Source: an uncultured Holdemania sp.
GTDB lineage: Bacteria > Bacillota_I > Bacilli_A > Erysipelotrichales > Erysipelotrichaceae
DNA: 64,000 bases
Reading direction: 5' to 3'
Assembly (NCBI GenBank): GCA_964368495.1
Contig: CAYJAJ010000003.1
Location: 776-64,775 of the forward strand
Below the pieces are notes generated by a model. That model had not been told where the DNA came from. It ran no database searches and was given only the letters and a program-made list of their open reading frames with translations. Position 1 is the first letter of the stretch. Each line of letters begins with the position of its first letter. Positions 1 through 11,032 of the stretch are shown here, in pieces. Position numbers and translations under genes: made by a program.

Positions 1-39
1 AATTTAAATCAAGAAAAAGAAGATTTGGAGGGGTTTAAA

Positions 40-807
40 ATGAAACAAAGAATTATTACAGGATTATTAATAATTGTAGCCGTACTTCCACCGTTATTGC
101 TTGGTGGGTGGGTATTGGATATTTTAATTGCGCTTGTGTCAATTGTTGGTCTTTATGAAATTATGTCAATATCATTTAAAAAATTTCCTTTGCTATTAGG
201 ATTAATTTCTTCAGTGTTGATTTTTAGTTTAGGCAGATTTAGTGAAAATATCTTTATGTTAAGTGTGATTGCGCTTATTTTGATTTTTTGTACAATTCCT
301 GTGTTTAGTGAAGATTATAAAATCGAAGATTGCACATTTATTTTTGCATTTGTTATGCTGCTAGGTTTAGCGCTTCGAAGCGTCTATATGATTTATGATG
401 TATCAAATATGGTTATGCTATTTGTAGTAATAGGTACATATGCAACAGACACTGGAGCCTATTTTTCTGGAAGATTTTTTGGGAAGCATAAATTAAATGA
501 AAGAATTTCACCAAAGAAAACAATAGAAGGATCAATTGGGGGAACAATCATTGGAGCATTGTCAGCCTATTTATTTGCTGTGACGTTTCTTGAACTACCA
601 CAATTGTTGTTAATAAGTGTTAGTATTTGTTTACCAATTTTTGGGCAGATTGGAGATTTAGTATTTAGTGCAGTAAAACGTCATTATAATGTAAAAGACT
701 TCGGAAATTTATTTCCTGGACATGGGGGTATACTAGATCGTGTAGATTCATTGTTGTTTAATTTAATTGTTTATTTGGCTTTAGCGACAATTGTGCCAAT
801 GATTTAG
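40..807 (+). CDS. cdsA: Phosphatidate cytidylyltransferase (CDP-diglyceride synthase)
   Basis: ORF 25..807 trimmed to the ATG at 40, behind a GGAGGGG SD. Polytopic membrane protein with the CdsA C-terminal signature SPKKTIEGSIGG ... GDLVFSAVKRHYNVKDFGNLFPGHGGILDRVDS. cdsA-dxr-rseP synteny. Confidence 0.85.
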   Translation: MKQRIITGLLIIVAVLPPLLLGGWVLDILIALVSIVGLYEIMSISFKKFPLLLGLISSVLIFSLGRFSENIFMLSVIALILIFCTIPVFSEDYKIEDCTFIFAFVMLLGLALRSVYMIYDVSNMVMLFVVIGTYATDTGAYFSGRFFGKHKLNERISPKKTIEGSIGGTIIGALSAYLFAVTFLELPQLLLISVSICLPIFGQIGDLVFSAVKRHYNVKDFGNLFPGHGGILDRVDSLLFNLIVYLALATIVPMI

Positions 808-816
808 GAGAAAAGC

Positions 817-1962
817 ATGAAAAAAATTAGTTTACTTGGTGCAAGTGGCTCAATTGGTATTCAAACTGTTGATGTTTGCTTAGAGCACCCAGATAAGTTT
901 CAAATAAAAGCATTAAGTGTAGGTCAAAATATAAATCAATGCCGTATAATTTTAGATAAATTAAAAGGTGTTGAACTAGTTTGTATTAGTGATGAAAATG
1001 ATGCAAAAATATTACAAAAAGAATATCCAGAAATAAAAATCGTTTTTGGCGACCAAGGCTTAATTGAAGTAGCTACAACAACTTCAACAGATATTTTAGT
1101 CAATGCAGTAGTCGGATATGTTGGTCTTGTGCCCACAATTGAAGCGATAAAGTCTAGAAAAGATATTGCCTTAGCTAACAAAGAAACTTTGGTAGTTGCT
1201 GGAGAAGTTGTGACACAACTCTGCAAGGAAATGAAGGTTAAACTACTTCCTATAGATAGTGAACATTCAGCGATATTTCAAGCACTTCAAGGAAATGAAT
1301 TAAGTGATGTGAAACGTTTGATAATTACAGCTTCTGGTGGATCATTTAGAGAATTAAATAGAAGCCAATTGAAGGATGTAACATTGCAAGATGCATTAAA
1401 ACATCCAAATTGGGCTATGGGATCAAAGATTACAATTGATAGCGCTACGATGATGAATAAGGGATTAGAAGTGATTGAAGCTCATTGGTTATTTGGGTTT
1501 GATTATGATCAAATTGATGTAATTTTACATCCTCAAAGCATTATTCATTCTATGGTTGAATATCATGATAAAGCAGTGATTGCACAACTAGGAACTGCAG
1601 ATATGAGACATCCTATTCAGTATGCATTAAGTTATCCAAGAAGATATTCACATGAAAGCGAAAGCTTAGATTTTGTAAAGCTTCATACACTAACATTCAA
1701 AGAAATGGATTTTGAACGTTTTCCGCTATTGAAACTTGCTTATGATGTAGGTCGTAAAAAAGGGAATTTGGCAGCGGTAATGAATGGTGCTAATGAAATG
1801 GCCAATCAATTATTTAGAGAAGAAAAAATATCATTTTTAAAAATTGAAGAATTGGTTATAGAGGCGTGTGAAAAATGTGAATATAAAAAAAATGTAACAC
1901 TGAATGACTGTCTTCAGGCAAATGAGTGGGGAAAAAATTACGTATTAGAAAGGATTAAATAA
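817..1962 (+). CDS. dxr: 1-deoxy-D-xylulose 5-phosphate reductoisomerase
   Basis: 381 aa. N-terminal LLGASGSIG dinucleotide fold; LANKETLV, PIDSEHSAIFQ, HPNWAMG and MNKGLEVIEA motifs typical of Dxr. Confidence 0.9.
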   Translation: MKKISLLGASGSIGIQTVDVCLEHPDKFQIKALSVGQNINQCRIILDKLKGVELVCISDENDAKILQKEYPEIKIVFGDQGLIEVATTTSTDILVNAVVGYVGLVPTIEAIKSRKDIALANKETLVVAGEVVTQLCKEMKVKLLPIDSEHSAIFQALQGNELSDVKRLIITASGGSFRELNRSQLKDVTLQDALKHPNWAMGSKITIDSATMMNKGLEVIEAHWLFGFDYDQIDVILHPQSIIHSMVEYHDKAVIAQLGTADMRHPIQYALSYPRRYSHESESLDFVKLHTLTFKEMDFERFPLLKLAYDVGRKKGNLAAVMNGANEMANQLFREEKISFLKIEELVIEACEKCEYKKNVTLNDCLQANEWGKNYVLERIK

Positions 1963-1965
1963 ATT

Positions 1966-3027
1966 ATGGATATATTTTATTTTGTAATATTACTTGGTGT
2001 TATAGTTACAATTCATGAGCTAGGACATTTTCTTGTTGCGAAAGCGTTTAATGTATACTGCTCCGAGTTTGCGATTGGTATGGGACCAAAATTATTTAGT
2101 ATTCAAGGAAAAGAGACGAAATATAGTATTCGACTTTTACCGATTGGTGGGTTTGTACAAATGGCAGGTGAAGCAGAAACAGCACTTGAAGGCGTTTGCC
2201 CAGTAAATGTACCGCATGAGCGTACTATCAAAGGGATATCACACCCTAAGCAAATAGCGATTATGCTTGCAGGAATTGTGATGAACTTTCTGTTGGCATT
2301 TGTGCTTTTTGTCGGGATTTTTAGCGCACAGGGAATTTATCAACAAAGTGAAACCGCACAAATTGGAAGTGTAATTCAAAATAGTCCTGCAGAAATAGCT
2401 GGATTTCAAGCTAATGATTTGGTTTTATCTGTGACATATGGCGATGAAGTGTTTTATCCGGAAGTTTTTTCAGACTTAGTGAAGTTCAATGTAGGAAAAG
2501 AAGAATTGCAAAGAATATATGAAGTACAAAGAGGAACTGAGGTCTTAAAACTCACAGTAACTCCAACTTTATTTGAAGAACAAAATGCTTATTTAATAGG
2601 GATTAACGCACTTCAAGAGCATCGATCAATCAGTTTTGTTGAATCAGTTCAATTATCTATTTCGACGATGATTGAGAGTTCAACCTTAATTTTTGACGGA
2701 TTGGTTGATTTATTAAGAGGAAACAATCTTGATCAATTATCAGGTCCTGTAGGTATTTTTACAATAACAGCGCAAGAAGCTTCACAAGGATTAATTAATT
2801 ATCTATGGCTTATTGCAATGTTTTCATTAAATATTGGAATATTAAATGCTTTACCACTGCCTATTTTAGATGGTGGAAGAGCGATATTGTCTGTTGTTGA
2901 AATGGTTAGAGGCAAACCAATTAATCAAAAACTTGAAAATGCACTTATGGGAATTGGGATGGCGTTGTTGTTATCGCTAATGATATTTGCGACATGGCAA
3001 GATATCAGCCGTATAATATTTGGTTAA
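1966..3027 (+). CDS. rseP: RIP site-2 zinc metalloprotease, RseP/RasP family (M50)
   Basis: HELGHF (HExxH) in the first TM segment, a central PDZ-like segment, and a C-terminal NALPLPILDGG motif. Conserved position after dxr. Confidence 0.85.
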   Translation: MDIFYFVILLGVIVTIHELGHFLVAKAFNVYCSEFAIGMGPKLFSIQGKETKYSIRLLPIGGFVQMAGEAETALEGVCPVNVPHERTIKGISHPKQIAIMLAGIVMNFLLAFVLFVGIFSAQGIYQQSETAQIGSVIQNSPAEIAGFQANDLVLSVTYGDEVFYPEVFSDLVKFNVGKEELQRIYEVQRGTEVLKLTVTPTLFEEQNAYLIGINALQEHRSISFVESVQLSISTMIESSTLIFDGLVDLLRGNNLDQLSGPVGIFTITAQEASQGLINYLWLIAMFSLNIGILNALPLPILDGGRAILSVVEMVRGKPINQKLENALMGIGMALLLSLMIFATWQDISRIIFG

Positions 3028-3126
3028 CAATGTCATGTTTTACTAGATAAATACTGACAAATTATCTTATTGATTGTAAAGTAATAGATAGCTCATAGTA
3101 TTAGTTAAAGAAAGTTGAGGAGTTTT

Positions 3127-4140
3127 ATGAAAACAATTCTAGTAACAGGTGGAACAGGGTATATTGGTAGTCACACATGTGTTGAATTAATTAATGCAGG
3201 TTATGAAGTGGTTATACTTGATAATTTGTATAACTCAAGCAAAGAAGTATTGAACCGTATCCAGACAATTACTGGGACGCTTCCTAAATTCTATGAAGTG
3301 GATATCTTGGATAAAGAGGGAATTCGTCAGGTATTTAAGGAAAACAAAATTGATGCAGTGATTCATTTTGCAGGATACAAAGCTGTTGGTGAGTCTGTTG
3401 CAATTCCAATCACTTATTATCAAAATAATATTGCAGGATCATTAAACTTATATCAAGTGATGAGTGAAGAAGGATGCAAAAATGTGGTGTTTAGTTCTAG
3501 TGCTACAGTATATGGAGACCCTCATACTGTACCTATTAAGGAAGATTTCCCACTAAGTACAACGAATCCTTATGGAACGACAAAACTATATAACGAACAA
3601 ATTCTTCGTGATATTTGTGTGTCAGATACAGAGTTTAGTGCAATGTTGCTACGCTATTTTAATCCAATAGGGGCACATAAATCGGGGTTGATTGGCGAAA
3701 CTCCAAAAGGAATACCTAATAATTTAGTTCCGTATATTGCTCAAGTTGCGACCAAGGAACTCGATTATTTGCGTGTATGGGGCAATGATTATGATACAGT
3801 GGATGGAACAGGTGTTCGAGATTATATTCATGTTGTTGACTTAGCTTTAGGACACATTAAAGCCGTAGAATATACAATTGCTCATAAAGGTACTGAAATG
3901 GTCAATTTGGGGACTGGTAAAGGGTATTCGGTTTTACAGGTAAAAGATGCTTATGAAAAAGCAAGCAACAAAAAAATAGCCTATAAAATCATGGAACGTC
4001 GTCCTGGTGATATTGCGACTTGTTATGCTGATACAAAAAAAGCTGAAGAACTATTGAACTGGAAAGCAAAGTTTAATATTGATGAGATGTGCGAATCTTC
4101 ATGGGATTTTCAATGCAAAAATCCAGAAGGAGTAAAATAA
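3127..4140 (+). CDS. galE: UDP-glucose 4-epimerase
   Basis: ORF 3115..4140 trimmed to the ATG at 3127, behind a GAGGAG SD. ILVTGGTGYIGSH Rossmann motif, SSSATVYG, and the YGTTK catalytic YxxxK. Confidence 0.85.
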   Translation: MKTILVTGGTGYIGSHTCVELINAGYEVVILDNLYNSSKEVLNRIQTITGTLPKFYEVDILDKEGIRQVFKENKIDAVIHFAGYKAVGESVAIPITYYQNNIAGSLNLYQVMSEEGCKNVVFSSSATVYGDPHTVPIKEDFPLSTTNPYGTTKLYNEQILRDICVSDTEFSAMLLRYFNPIGAHKSGLIGETPKGIPNNLVPYIAQVATKELDYLRVWGNDYDTVDGTGVRDYIHVVDLALGHIKAVEYTIAHKGTEMVNLGTGKGYSVLQVKDAYEKASNKKIAYKIMERRPGDIATCYADTKKAEELLNWKAKFNIDEMCESSWDFQCKNPEGVK

Positions 4141-4149
4141 TGATATTGA

Positions 4150-4176
4150 CACTATGAAACTCATAGTGTTTTTTTT
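4150..4176 (+). terminator. Intrinsic terminator after galE
   Basis: Hairpin CACTATGA-aac-TCATAGTG followed by T8. Confidence 0.8.
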
Positions 4177-4184
4177 ATATCAAA

Positions 4185-4228
4185 TATAAAAAAGTCACAA
4201 AACAAGAATTTGATCTTGTGATGTGACT
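4185..4228 (-). terminator. Intrinsic terminator after asnA
   Basis: Interrupted hairpin (GTCACA..CAAGA / TCTTG..TGTGAC on the + strand), followed by T6 on the minus strand. Confidence 0.6.
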
Positions 4229-4233
4229 TGGTT

Positions 4234-5235
4234 TTATAGCAGTTGTATATTAGCGTTTTTACATTGTTCTAACATCTCTTTTGGCCAAATACTAGATTGA
4301 ACTTCACCGATGTGCACTTTTTGTAATAACAGCATACACAATCTACTTTGCCCGATACCACCGCCAATTGTGTAGGGCAGTTGTGAATTGATTACGGCTT
4401 GATGATAAGGAAGTTTTAATCTTTCGATATCTCCTGCTTTTTGACATTGAGAAACAATTGAATTTTCATCAACACGAATGCCCATGCTAGAAATTTCCAT
4501 TGCGCAATTAAGTGTGTCAAACCAATAAAGCAAGTCTCCATTCAAAGTCCAATCATCATAATCAGGTGCTCTACCATCATGTTTTTCAAAGTTTGACAAA
4601 TAATCACCAATCTTCATTAAAAATACACAACCGTGTTTTTTTGCTATTTCATTTTCTCTTTCTTTAGGTGACAAGTTAGGATAAAGATTTAGTAATTCCT
4701 GTGAAGTGATGAATGTTACATCCTCAGGAAGAGTATACACCGCCTCAGGATAAACATACCAAACTTCGTGTTCGATGTGTTTGATAACTTTGACAATTGC
4801 TTTAACTGTTTCTTTTAGCATTTCTACTGTACGTTCATCTTTATAAATAACTTTTTCCCAATCCCATTGATCAACATAAGCAGAATGAAGGTTATCTAAT
4901 GTTTCATCTTTCCTAATGGCATTCATATTCGTGTAAATACCTGTATGAGGTAGAAATCCGTAATTTTTCAAAGCCATTCTTTTCCACTTTGCTAAAGAGT
5001 GAATAACTTCTATTTGTTCATTATTCATATCTTTCATTGTAAAAGATACAGCGTCCTCAGTGCCGTTTAAGTCATCATTTAATCCAGAATTTCTTTCTAC
5101 AAATAAAGGAGCGCTAACTCGTTTTAAATTAAGCTGTCTTCCTAATTCTTTTTGAAATTTATCACGAATTATTTTTATCGCTTCTTGTGTTTGGGTTAGT
5201 GTTAATTTTGATTGATAATTTTTAGGATAGTACAT
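4234..5235 (-). CDS. asnA: Aspartate--ammonia ligase (AsnA-type asparagine synthetase)
   Basis: 333-aa minus-strand ORF. Full-length resemblance to AsnA: LTLTQTQEAIKIIRDKF..., SAPLFV, and a class-II aaRS-like core ending GGGIGQSRLCMLLL. SD GAGGTAAAG. Confidence 0.85.
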   Translation of the reverse strand: MYYPKNYQSKLTLTQTQEAIKIIRDKFQKELGRQLNLKRVSAPLFVERNSGLNDDLNGTEDAVSFTMKDMNNEQIEVIHSLAKWKRMALKNYGFLPHTGIYTNMNAIRKDETLDNLHSAYVDQWDWEKVIYKDERTVEMLKETVKAIVKVIKHIEHEVWYVYPEAVYTLPEDVTFITSQELLNLYPNLSPKERENEIAKKHGCVFLMKIGDYLSNFEKHDGRAPDYDDWTLNGDLLYWFDTLNCAMEISSMGIRVDENSIVSQCQKAGDIERLKLPYHQAVINSQLPYTIGGGIGQSRLCMLLLQKVHIGEVQSSIWPKEMLEQCKNANIQLL

Positions 5236-5662
5236 AATCTTTACCTCGCTTACATTACTTTAACTTATATTTACTATAGTTTCAAGCTATAAAAATTCAA
5301 AAGAAAGGTGAATATTAGTGTTGATAGAAAGTGAGACAAATTAGTTGCCTAGAAACTGCATGTGAGTGATTTTATTCAGATGGCTATCTTGCAAGAACAA
5401 ATGCCAACAAAATGAATAAAGTACACCACAATGGTGATAGAATTAACAATCATGAATTAGAAGAATACATTTAATTGTTACTAAAGAAAACTTAGATTAT
5501 TAAGAAAAAAAACTTTAATATGGGCTTTGTTTATGGTATTATTTTTGTGTGAAAGGACGAGATTTTTATGAAGAAAAAATACATTAATTTACCGTTTCTT
5601 TCAAAATGTGAATAAAGTTAACATAGGTATTTAATGTGCCTGTGTTTTTCTTTTATTATTTG

Positions 5663-5733
5663 CTATTGTATAAGTGAGGTAATATGGACCTCAAGTTTCT
5701 ACCTTGTTACCGTAAATGACAAGACTACAAAGT
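5663..5733 (+). promoter_or_regulatory. Purine (guanine-class) riboswitch aptamer
   Basis: CTATTGTATAAGTGAGGTAATATGGACCTCAAGTTTCTACCTTGTTACCGTAAATGACAAGACTACAAAG. It matches the conserved purine-riboswitch core (UAUAA, AUAUGG, AGUUUCUACC, CCGUAAAU, GACUA) with P1/P2/P3 pairings intact. The C in GACUA predicts guanine specificity. Confidence 0.88.
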
Positions 5734-5754
5734 AACAGTTTTTATGTTGCTTTG

Positions 5755-5785
5755 TAGACATTGCATTTTTGCGATGTCTATTTTA
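5755..5785 (+). terminator. Riboswitch expression-platform terminator
   Basis: TAGACATTGC-attttt-GCGATGTCTA followed by TTTT. CTTTGTAG (5750..5757) is complementary to the P1 3' strand CTACAAAG (5725..5732), giving an antiterminator alternative. Confidence 0.75.
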
Positions 5786-5805
5786 ATTATAGAGGAGAAA
5801 AAATT

Positions 5806-6294
5806 ATGAGCGAAAAACCGGTAGTTGGAATCTTAATGGGTTCAAAAAGTGATTTAGACACACTAGAGCACACATTCAAACAATTGGAGGAATTTGGGAT
5901 TCCTTATGAAAAAAATGTTCTAAGTGCTCACCGCACACCTGATGAAACAATTGAATATGCAAAAACAGCATACAATCGTGGATTAAAAGTGATTATTGCT
6001 GCTGCAGGAGGAGCTGCTCATTTAGCAGGAGTTGTTGCAGGATGTACAACATTACCGGTAATCGGTATTCCTATTAAATCAAGTACACTTGATGGGCTTG
6101 ATAGCTTGCTTTCAATTGTTCAAATGCCTGCAGGAGTTCCTGTTGCAACTGTTGCAATTGGTAAAGCAGGAGCAAAAAATGCTGCAGTTTTAACAGCGTC
6201 AATTTTAGGCGCATTTGATGAAAAATATCATGAAGTTATGCTTAAACATAAAGAAGATATGAAGAAAAATGTTTTAGAAAATATGAAAATCTAA
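5806..6294 (+). CDS. purE: 5-(carboxyamino)imidazole ribonucleotide mutase / AIR carboxylase catalytic subunit
   Basis: ORF 5761..6294 begins inside the riboswitch terminator. The ATG at 5806 behind AGAGGAG is the likely start. [16 protein letters not shown] and AGGAAHLAG motifs. Confidence 0.85.
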   Translation: MSEKPVVGILMGSKSDLDTLEHTFKQLEEFGIPYEKNVLSAHRTPDETIEYAKTAYNRGLKVIIAAAGGAAHLAGVVAGCTTLPVIGIPIKSSTLDGLDSLLSIVQMPAGVPVATVAIGKAGAKNAAVLTASILGAFDEKYHEVMLKHKEDMKKNVLENMKI

Positions 6295-6303
6295 GGGGGA
6301 TTT

Positions 6304-9300
6304 ATGGCTTTAGTTAATAAAAGAATTTTTGTTGAAAAGAAAAAAGGTTTTCAAACTGAGGCTGAAGACATATTTTCAACTTTAAAAGAGAACTTTAATG
6401 TTGAGGCAACCAACGTTCGTAAAATCAATGTTTATGATGTTTTTAATATTGAAGAAGATATTTTGTCTGCTGCAATAAACACTGTTTTTACAGAAGTAAT
6501 GGTTGATGATGTATTAGAAGAGTTAAATTTAAAAAATCAAATGGCAATAGTGATGGAAACATTACCTGGCCAATATGATCAAAGAGCTGATTCTGCAATG
6601 CAGTGTGTTCGTTTGCTTGATCCTAAATCAAATTGCACAATCACTACTGGACAAATCATAATATTAGAAAACAGTAATGAAGAAGAACGTGGTGTTGTAG
6701 AGAATTATTTAATTAATCCAATAGAAACACGTAAAAAAGATTTAAGTAAACTTGAAATAGATGTGAATGTAGAGGTTACACCGCTTGAGAGTTTTGATGG
6801 ATTCATTAATTATGATGAAACAAAATTAAAAGCTTTTCATAAAAAATTAGGATTAGCAATGTCACTTGCTGATTTATTAACTGTGCAAAAATATTTTAAA
6901 GAAGATGAAAATCGTGATCCAAAAGAAACCGAAATTAAAGTATTGGATACTTATTGGTCTGATCACTGCCGTCATACAACTTTTGAAACATGCCTAACGA
7001 GTTTAGAAATAAAATCAGATAAGTTTCATGATAGCATTCAAGCAGCATTTGATTTATATTGTTCATTAAGAAATGAAGCAAAAAGAAATGAAAAACCAAT
7101 GACTTTAATGGATATGGGAACAATTAATGCACGCATATTAAAACAAAGAGGTTTAGCAAATGATGTAGAAGTCTCTAAAGAAATCAATGCTTGCAGTGTT
7201 TTTGTGGATGTGGATGTGGATGGGCAAATTGAAAAATGGCTACTACAATTTAAAAATGAAACTCATAACCACCCAACAGAAATTGAGCCATTTGGTGGTG
7301 CATCGACATGTATTGGAGGAGCTATTCGTGATCCACTTAGTGGACGTAGTTATGTTTATCAAGCCATGCGTATTTCAGGCTGTGCTGATGTTTTAGCGCC
7401 AATTGAAAATACTTTAGCTGGTAAATTGCCTCAAAAAGTTATTAGTAAAAAGGCAACTGCTGGAAATTCATCTTATGGAAATCAAATTGGTTTAGCAACA
7501 ACTTATGTAAAAGAAATTTATCATGATAAATATGTGGCTAAACATATGGAAGTTGGAGCAGTTGTCGGAGCCATTAAAGCTAGTGATGTAAAGCGTATTG
7601 AACCTGATGAAAATGATATCATCATTCTTTTAGGTGGAAGAACTGGACGAGATGGTATTGGTGGAGCTACCGGTTCTAGTAAAGAACATACAATGGCATC
7701 ACTTGATACTTGCGCTAGCGAAGTTCAAAAAGGAAATGCAGTTGAAGAGCGAAAAATTCAACGATTATTTAGAAATCCAGAGTGCACAAAATTAATTAAA
7801 AAATGCAATGATTTTGGTGCTGGTGGAGTATGTGTTGCTATTGGTGAATTAGCTGACGGACTTGTGATTCATCTTGATCAAGTACGTACAAAATATGCAG
7901 GATTAAATGCGACTGAAATTGCGATTAGTGAAAGTCAAGAGCGCATGGCAGTTGTAATTAGAAAAGACGACAAAGAAGCATTCTTAAAGTTAGCGCATTT
8001 AGAAAACTTAGAAGCTTATCAAGTAGCAGAAGTTACTGCAAATCCACGCCTAGTTATGAAATACAAGGATGAGGTTATTGTTGATGTTGCAAGATGGTTT
8101 GTGGATACTGCTGGAGTTCGTCAAAACGCTCAAGTTATCATTAGTGACCAAGATGGCATTAATCCATTTGTAAGTTGTAAGCTAACCAAAGATAACATCT
8201 TAAAAATGATGTCGGATAAAAATGTGGCATGTCAAAAAGGATTAGTAGAAAATTTTGATGCGTCGATTGGGTCAACAACAGTACTGATGCCTTTTGGAGG
8301 TAAAACTCAAATGACACCGACGCAAGCATCTGTTCAAAAACTTCCAGTATTAAGCGGGAAAACGACCACATGTAGTGTTCTTGCTTATGGATATAATCCA
8401 AAGTTAATGGATTACAGTTGCTTTATTGGAGCACAAGCGAGTGTTCTTGATTCTATGGCAAAAACTGTAGCTGTAGGTGGGAATATTGACTCTGTTTATT
8501 TTTCATTTCAAGAATATTTTGAAAGATTAAATCAAGACCCACTTCGCTGGGGGAAAGTTGCGGAAGCGCTTCTTGGAACAATTCATGTGCAAAATTATTT
8601 TAATAAAGCTGCAATTGGTGGAAAGGACTCAATGTCAGGGACATTCAATGAATACAATGTTGTGCCGACATTAATCAGTTTTGCATGTAGTCATGCTAAT
8701 ACAAAAAATATAATTTCTCCAGAATTAAAAGCGAGTGGGAATGTGTTGTCTGTTTATTTACCAAAAATGAATGCAGATGAAACTTTTGATTTAGATAGCT
8801 ATAAAAATAACTTTGAACAAGTAGAATTAGGCATTAAAAACAAAGAAATAATCAGTGCTTATGTTGTTGAAGAAGGTGGAGTTTTAGCAGCTTGCTTTAA
8901 AATGAGTTTTGGAAATAAAATAGGCTTTCATTTACAAAGTGACATTGATTTAATGAAGTATACTGTAGGGGCGATTGTTGTGGAAAGTAGCAAGGAACTT
9001 GCGAATGCAACAAAAATTGGTTTGACTACAGATAAAGATTATGTAGTTAATGAAATCTGTTTATCACAGGATGAAGTGCTTCATGCTTGGACTTCAACTT
9101 TTAATACACTTTATCCAATGAGTGCGAAGGCAAAAACTTCAAAAGCAGAAGTGGTTGACTATAAAACAAATAATAGAGTTAAGGCAAAAAACTGTGTCGA
9201 TGATGTAAAAGTTTGTATTCCTGTGTTTCCAGGAAATAACTGCGAATTTGATATGAAACGTGCTTTTGAAGAAGAAGGTGCTAAAGCAGAAATATTTGTA

Positions 9301-10005
9301 TTTAGAAACCTTACTGAAAAAGATGTTACAGATAGCATTGATGAAATGGTAAAACAAATTGATGCTTGTCATATCTTCGCAATTCCTGGAGGTTTCTCAT
9401 CTGGAGATGAACCTGATGGAAGCGCAAAATTTATCGTTAATGTTTTACAAAATGAAAAAATTAAATCAGCAATTAATCGATTAAAAGAACGTGATGGTCT
9501 GATTTTAGGAATTTGTAATGGTTTCCAAGCGCTAATTAAATCAGGATTGCTTCCATATGGTGAGGTTTCAAACTTAACTGATAAGGATTCAACACTTGTA
9601 AGAAATGACATCAATCGCCATATTTCTGCGATGGTACAAACTAGAGTGGCTTCAAATAACAGTCCTTGGTTACAAGATTTAACTGTGGGAGAAGTTCATA
9701 GTATTGCGGTTAGTCATGGTGAAGGGAAATTTGTGGTTAGTGAGGAAAACCTTAAAAAATACATTGCCAATGGCCAAATTGCTTTCCAATATTGTGATGA
9801 ATTTGGAAATCCTACAATGGATGAACATTATAACTTCAACGGTTCAACATTTGCAATAGAAGGTCTTGTATCAGTTGATGGGAAAGTTTTAGGAAAAATG
9901 GGACATTCTGAGCGTTATTTTGAAGATGTGTTTAAAAATATTCCTGGAAATAAAAAACAGAATATATTTGCTAGTGGTGTAAATTACTTTAGAAAGGACA
10001 AATAA
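6304..10005 (+). CDS. purL: Phosphoribosylformylglycinamidine synthase, single-chain form
   Basis: 1233 aa. FGAM synthetase repeats ([28 protein letters not shown]) fused to a C-terminal class-I glutaminase ([12 protein letters not shown] ... SHGEGKF). Confidence 0.9.
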   Translation: MALVNKRIFVEKKKGFQTEAEDIFSTLKENFNVEATNVRKINVYDVFNIEEDILSAAINTVFTEVMVDDVLEELNLKNQMAIVMETLPGQYDQRADSAMQCVRLLDPKSNCTITTGQIIILENSNEEERGVVENYLINPIETRKKDLSKLEIDVNVEVTPLESFDGFINYDETKLKAFHKKLGLAMSLADLLTVQKYFKEDENRDPKETEIKVLDTYWSDHCRHTTFETCLTSLEIKSDKFHDSIQAAFDLYCSLRNEAKRNEKPMTLMDMGTINARILKQRGLANDVEVSKEINACSVFVDVDVDGQIEKWLLQFKNETHNHPTEIEPFGGASTCIGGAIRDPLSGRSYVYQAMRISGCADVLAPIENTLAGKLPQKVISKKATAGNSSYGNQIGLATTYVKEIYHDKYVAKHMEVGAVVGAIKASDVKRIEPDENDIIILLGGRTGRDGIGGATGSSKEHTMASLDTCASEVQKGNAVEERKIQRLFRNPECTKLIKKCNDFGAGGVCVAIGELADGLVIHLDQVRTKYAGLNATEIAISESQERMAVVIRKDDKEAFLKLAHLENLEAYQVAEVTANPRLVMKYKDEVIVDVARWFVDTAGVRQNAQVIISDQDGINPFVSCKLTKDNILKMMSDKNVACQKGLVENFDASIGSTTVLMPFGGKTQMTPTQASVQKLPVLSGKTTTCSVLAYGYNPKLMDYSCFIGAQASVLDSMAKTVAVGGNIDSVYFSFQEYFERLNQDPLRWGKVAEALLGTIHVQNYFNKAAIGGKDSMSGTFNEYNVVPTLISFACSHANTKNIISPELKASGNVLSVYLPKMNADETFDLDSYKNNFEQVELGIKNKEIISAYVVEEGGVLAACFKMSFGNKIGFHLQSDIDLMKYTVGAIVVESSKELANATKIGLTTDKDYVVNEICLSQDEVLHAWTSTFNTLYPMSAKAKTSKAEVVDYKTNNRVKAKNCVDDVKVCIPVFPGNNCEFDMKRAFEEEGAKAEIFVFRNLTEKDVTDSIDEMVKQIDACHIFAIPGGFSSGDEPDGSAKFIVNVLQNEKIKSAINRLKERDGLILGICNGFQALIKSGLLPYGEVSNLTDKDSTLVRNDINRHISAMVQTRVASNNSPWLQDLTVGEVHSIAVSHGEGKFVVSEENLKKYIANGQIAFQYCDEFGNPTMDEHYNFNGSTFAIEGLVSVDGKVLGKMGHSERYFEDVFKNIPGNKKQNIFASGVNYFRKDK

Positions 10006-10006
10006 A

Positions 10007-11032
10007 ATGTCAAATCGTTATGAAGAGGCTGGAGTTAGCTTAGAAGCTGGCTATGAATCAGTAGAACGTATTAAAAAGCATGTTGCTCGAACTCAACGTC
10101 TAGGAATGATGAGTTCTATCGGATCTTTTGGTGGTTTATTTGATTTATCTTTGCTTAATTTGAAAGAACCCGTTTTAGTCAGTGGAACAGATGGAGTAGG
10201 GACAAAACTAAAATTAGCATTTTTAATGGATAAACATGATACAATCGGCCAAGATGTAGTGGCGATGTGTGTCAATGATGTTATCGCACAAGGAGCGACA
10301 CCATTATATTTTCTAGATTATATAGCAGTTGGAAAAAACTATCCTGAAAAGATTGAGCAAATTGTAAAAGGCGTTGCAGATGGATGTGTTCTTGCGAACT
10401 GTGCTTTAGTTGGTGGAGAAACTGCAGAAATGCCAGATATGTATGCTGATGATGATTATGATATTGCAGGATTCACTGTTGGTGCAGTTGAAAAAAGCCA
10501 AATCATTACTGGAGAAAAAACAAAAGCAGGAGATGTAGTAATTGGACTTGCGAGTAGTGGTGTGCATTCTAATGGGTTTAGTCTGGTTAGAAAAATTGTT
10601 CTTAAAGATAATCATGTGGATATTAATATGTACATGGATGAATTGAAAACTACTTTAGGAGATGCTTTATTAACTCCGACGCACATTTATGTCAAATCAG
10701 TTTTAAATGTTCTTAAAGAAGTCGATGTGCATGGGATCGCTCATATTACTGGGGGAGGGTTTCATGAAAATATGCCACGTTGTCTTAACAAGGGACTTGG
10801 AATACATATTAATAAAGGGTCATGGGATATACTCCCAATATTTAATGTGTTGCAAAAACTTTCTTCAATGGACGAAAATGAAATGTACAATGTTTTCAAT
10901 ATGGGGATAGGTATGATTTTAGTTGTGGATGAAAAAGATGTAGAAAAAACACTTGAGATCTGTAAAGTCAATAATGAGAAAGCATCTGTTATCGGTTATG
11001 TTACTGATAGTGAAGGGGTTGTGATTGAGTGA
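10007..11032 (+). CDS. purM: Phosphoribosylformylglycinamidine cyclo-ligase (AIR synthetase)
   Basis: 341 aa. [21 protein letters not shown] and HITGGGF motifs. Confidence 0.9.
   Translation: MSNRYEEAGVSLEAGYESVERIKKHVARTQRLGMMSSIGSFGGLFDLSLLNLKEPVLVSGTDGVGTKLKLAFLMDKHDTIGQDVVAMCVNDVIAQGATPLYFLDYIAVGKNYPEKIEQIVKGVADGCVLANCALVGGETAEMPDMYADDDYDIAGFTVGAVEKSQIITGEKTKAGDVVIGLASSGVHSNGFSLVRKIVLKDNHVDINMYMDELKTTLGDALLTPTHIYVKSVLNVLKEVDVHGIAHITGGGFHENMPRCLNKGLGIHINKGSWDILPIFNVLQKLSSMDENEMYNVFNMGIGMILVVDEKDVEKTLEICKVNNEKASVIGYVTDSEGVVIE

Noticed and set aside
5236-5560. T-box or other known leader controlling asnA (minus strand)
   Set aside because: The conserved T-box core (AGGGTGGTACCGCG-like) is not present on either strand, and there is no convincing terminator/antiterminator pair.
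5761-5805. N-terminal extension of purE in the ORF track ([15 protein letters not shown]...)
   Set aside because: The extension starts at a TTG inside the riboswitch terminator hairpin. The ATG at 5806 has a proper AGAGGAG SD and gives the conserved PurE N-terminus.
9139-9614. Short antisense ORFs inside purL, and similar 60-108-aa minus-strand ORFs inside most + strand genes
   Set aside because: All lie opposite long, motif-supported genes, lack SD sequences and have low-complexity translations. They are a statistical by-product of AT-rich DNA.
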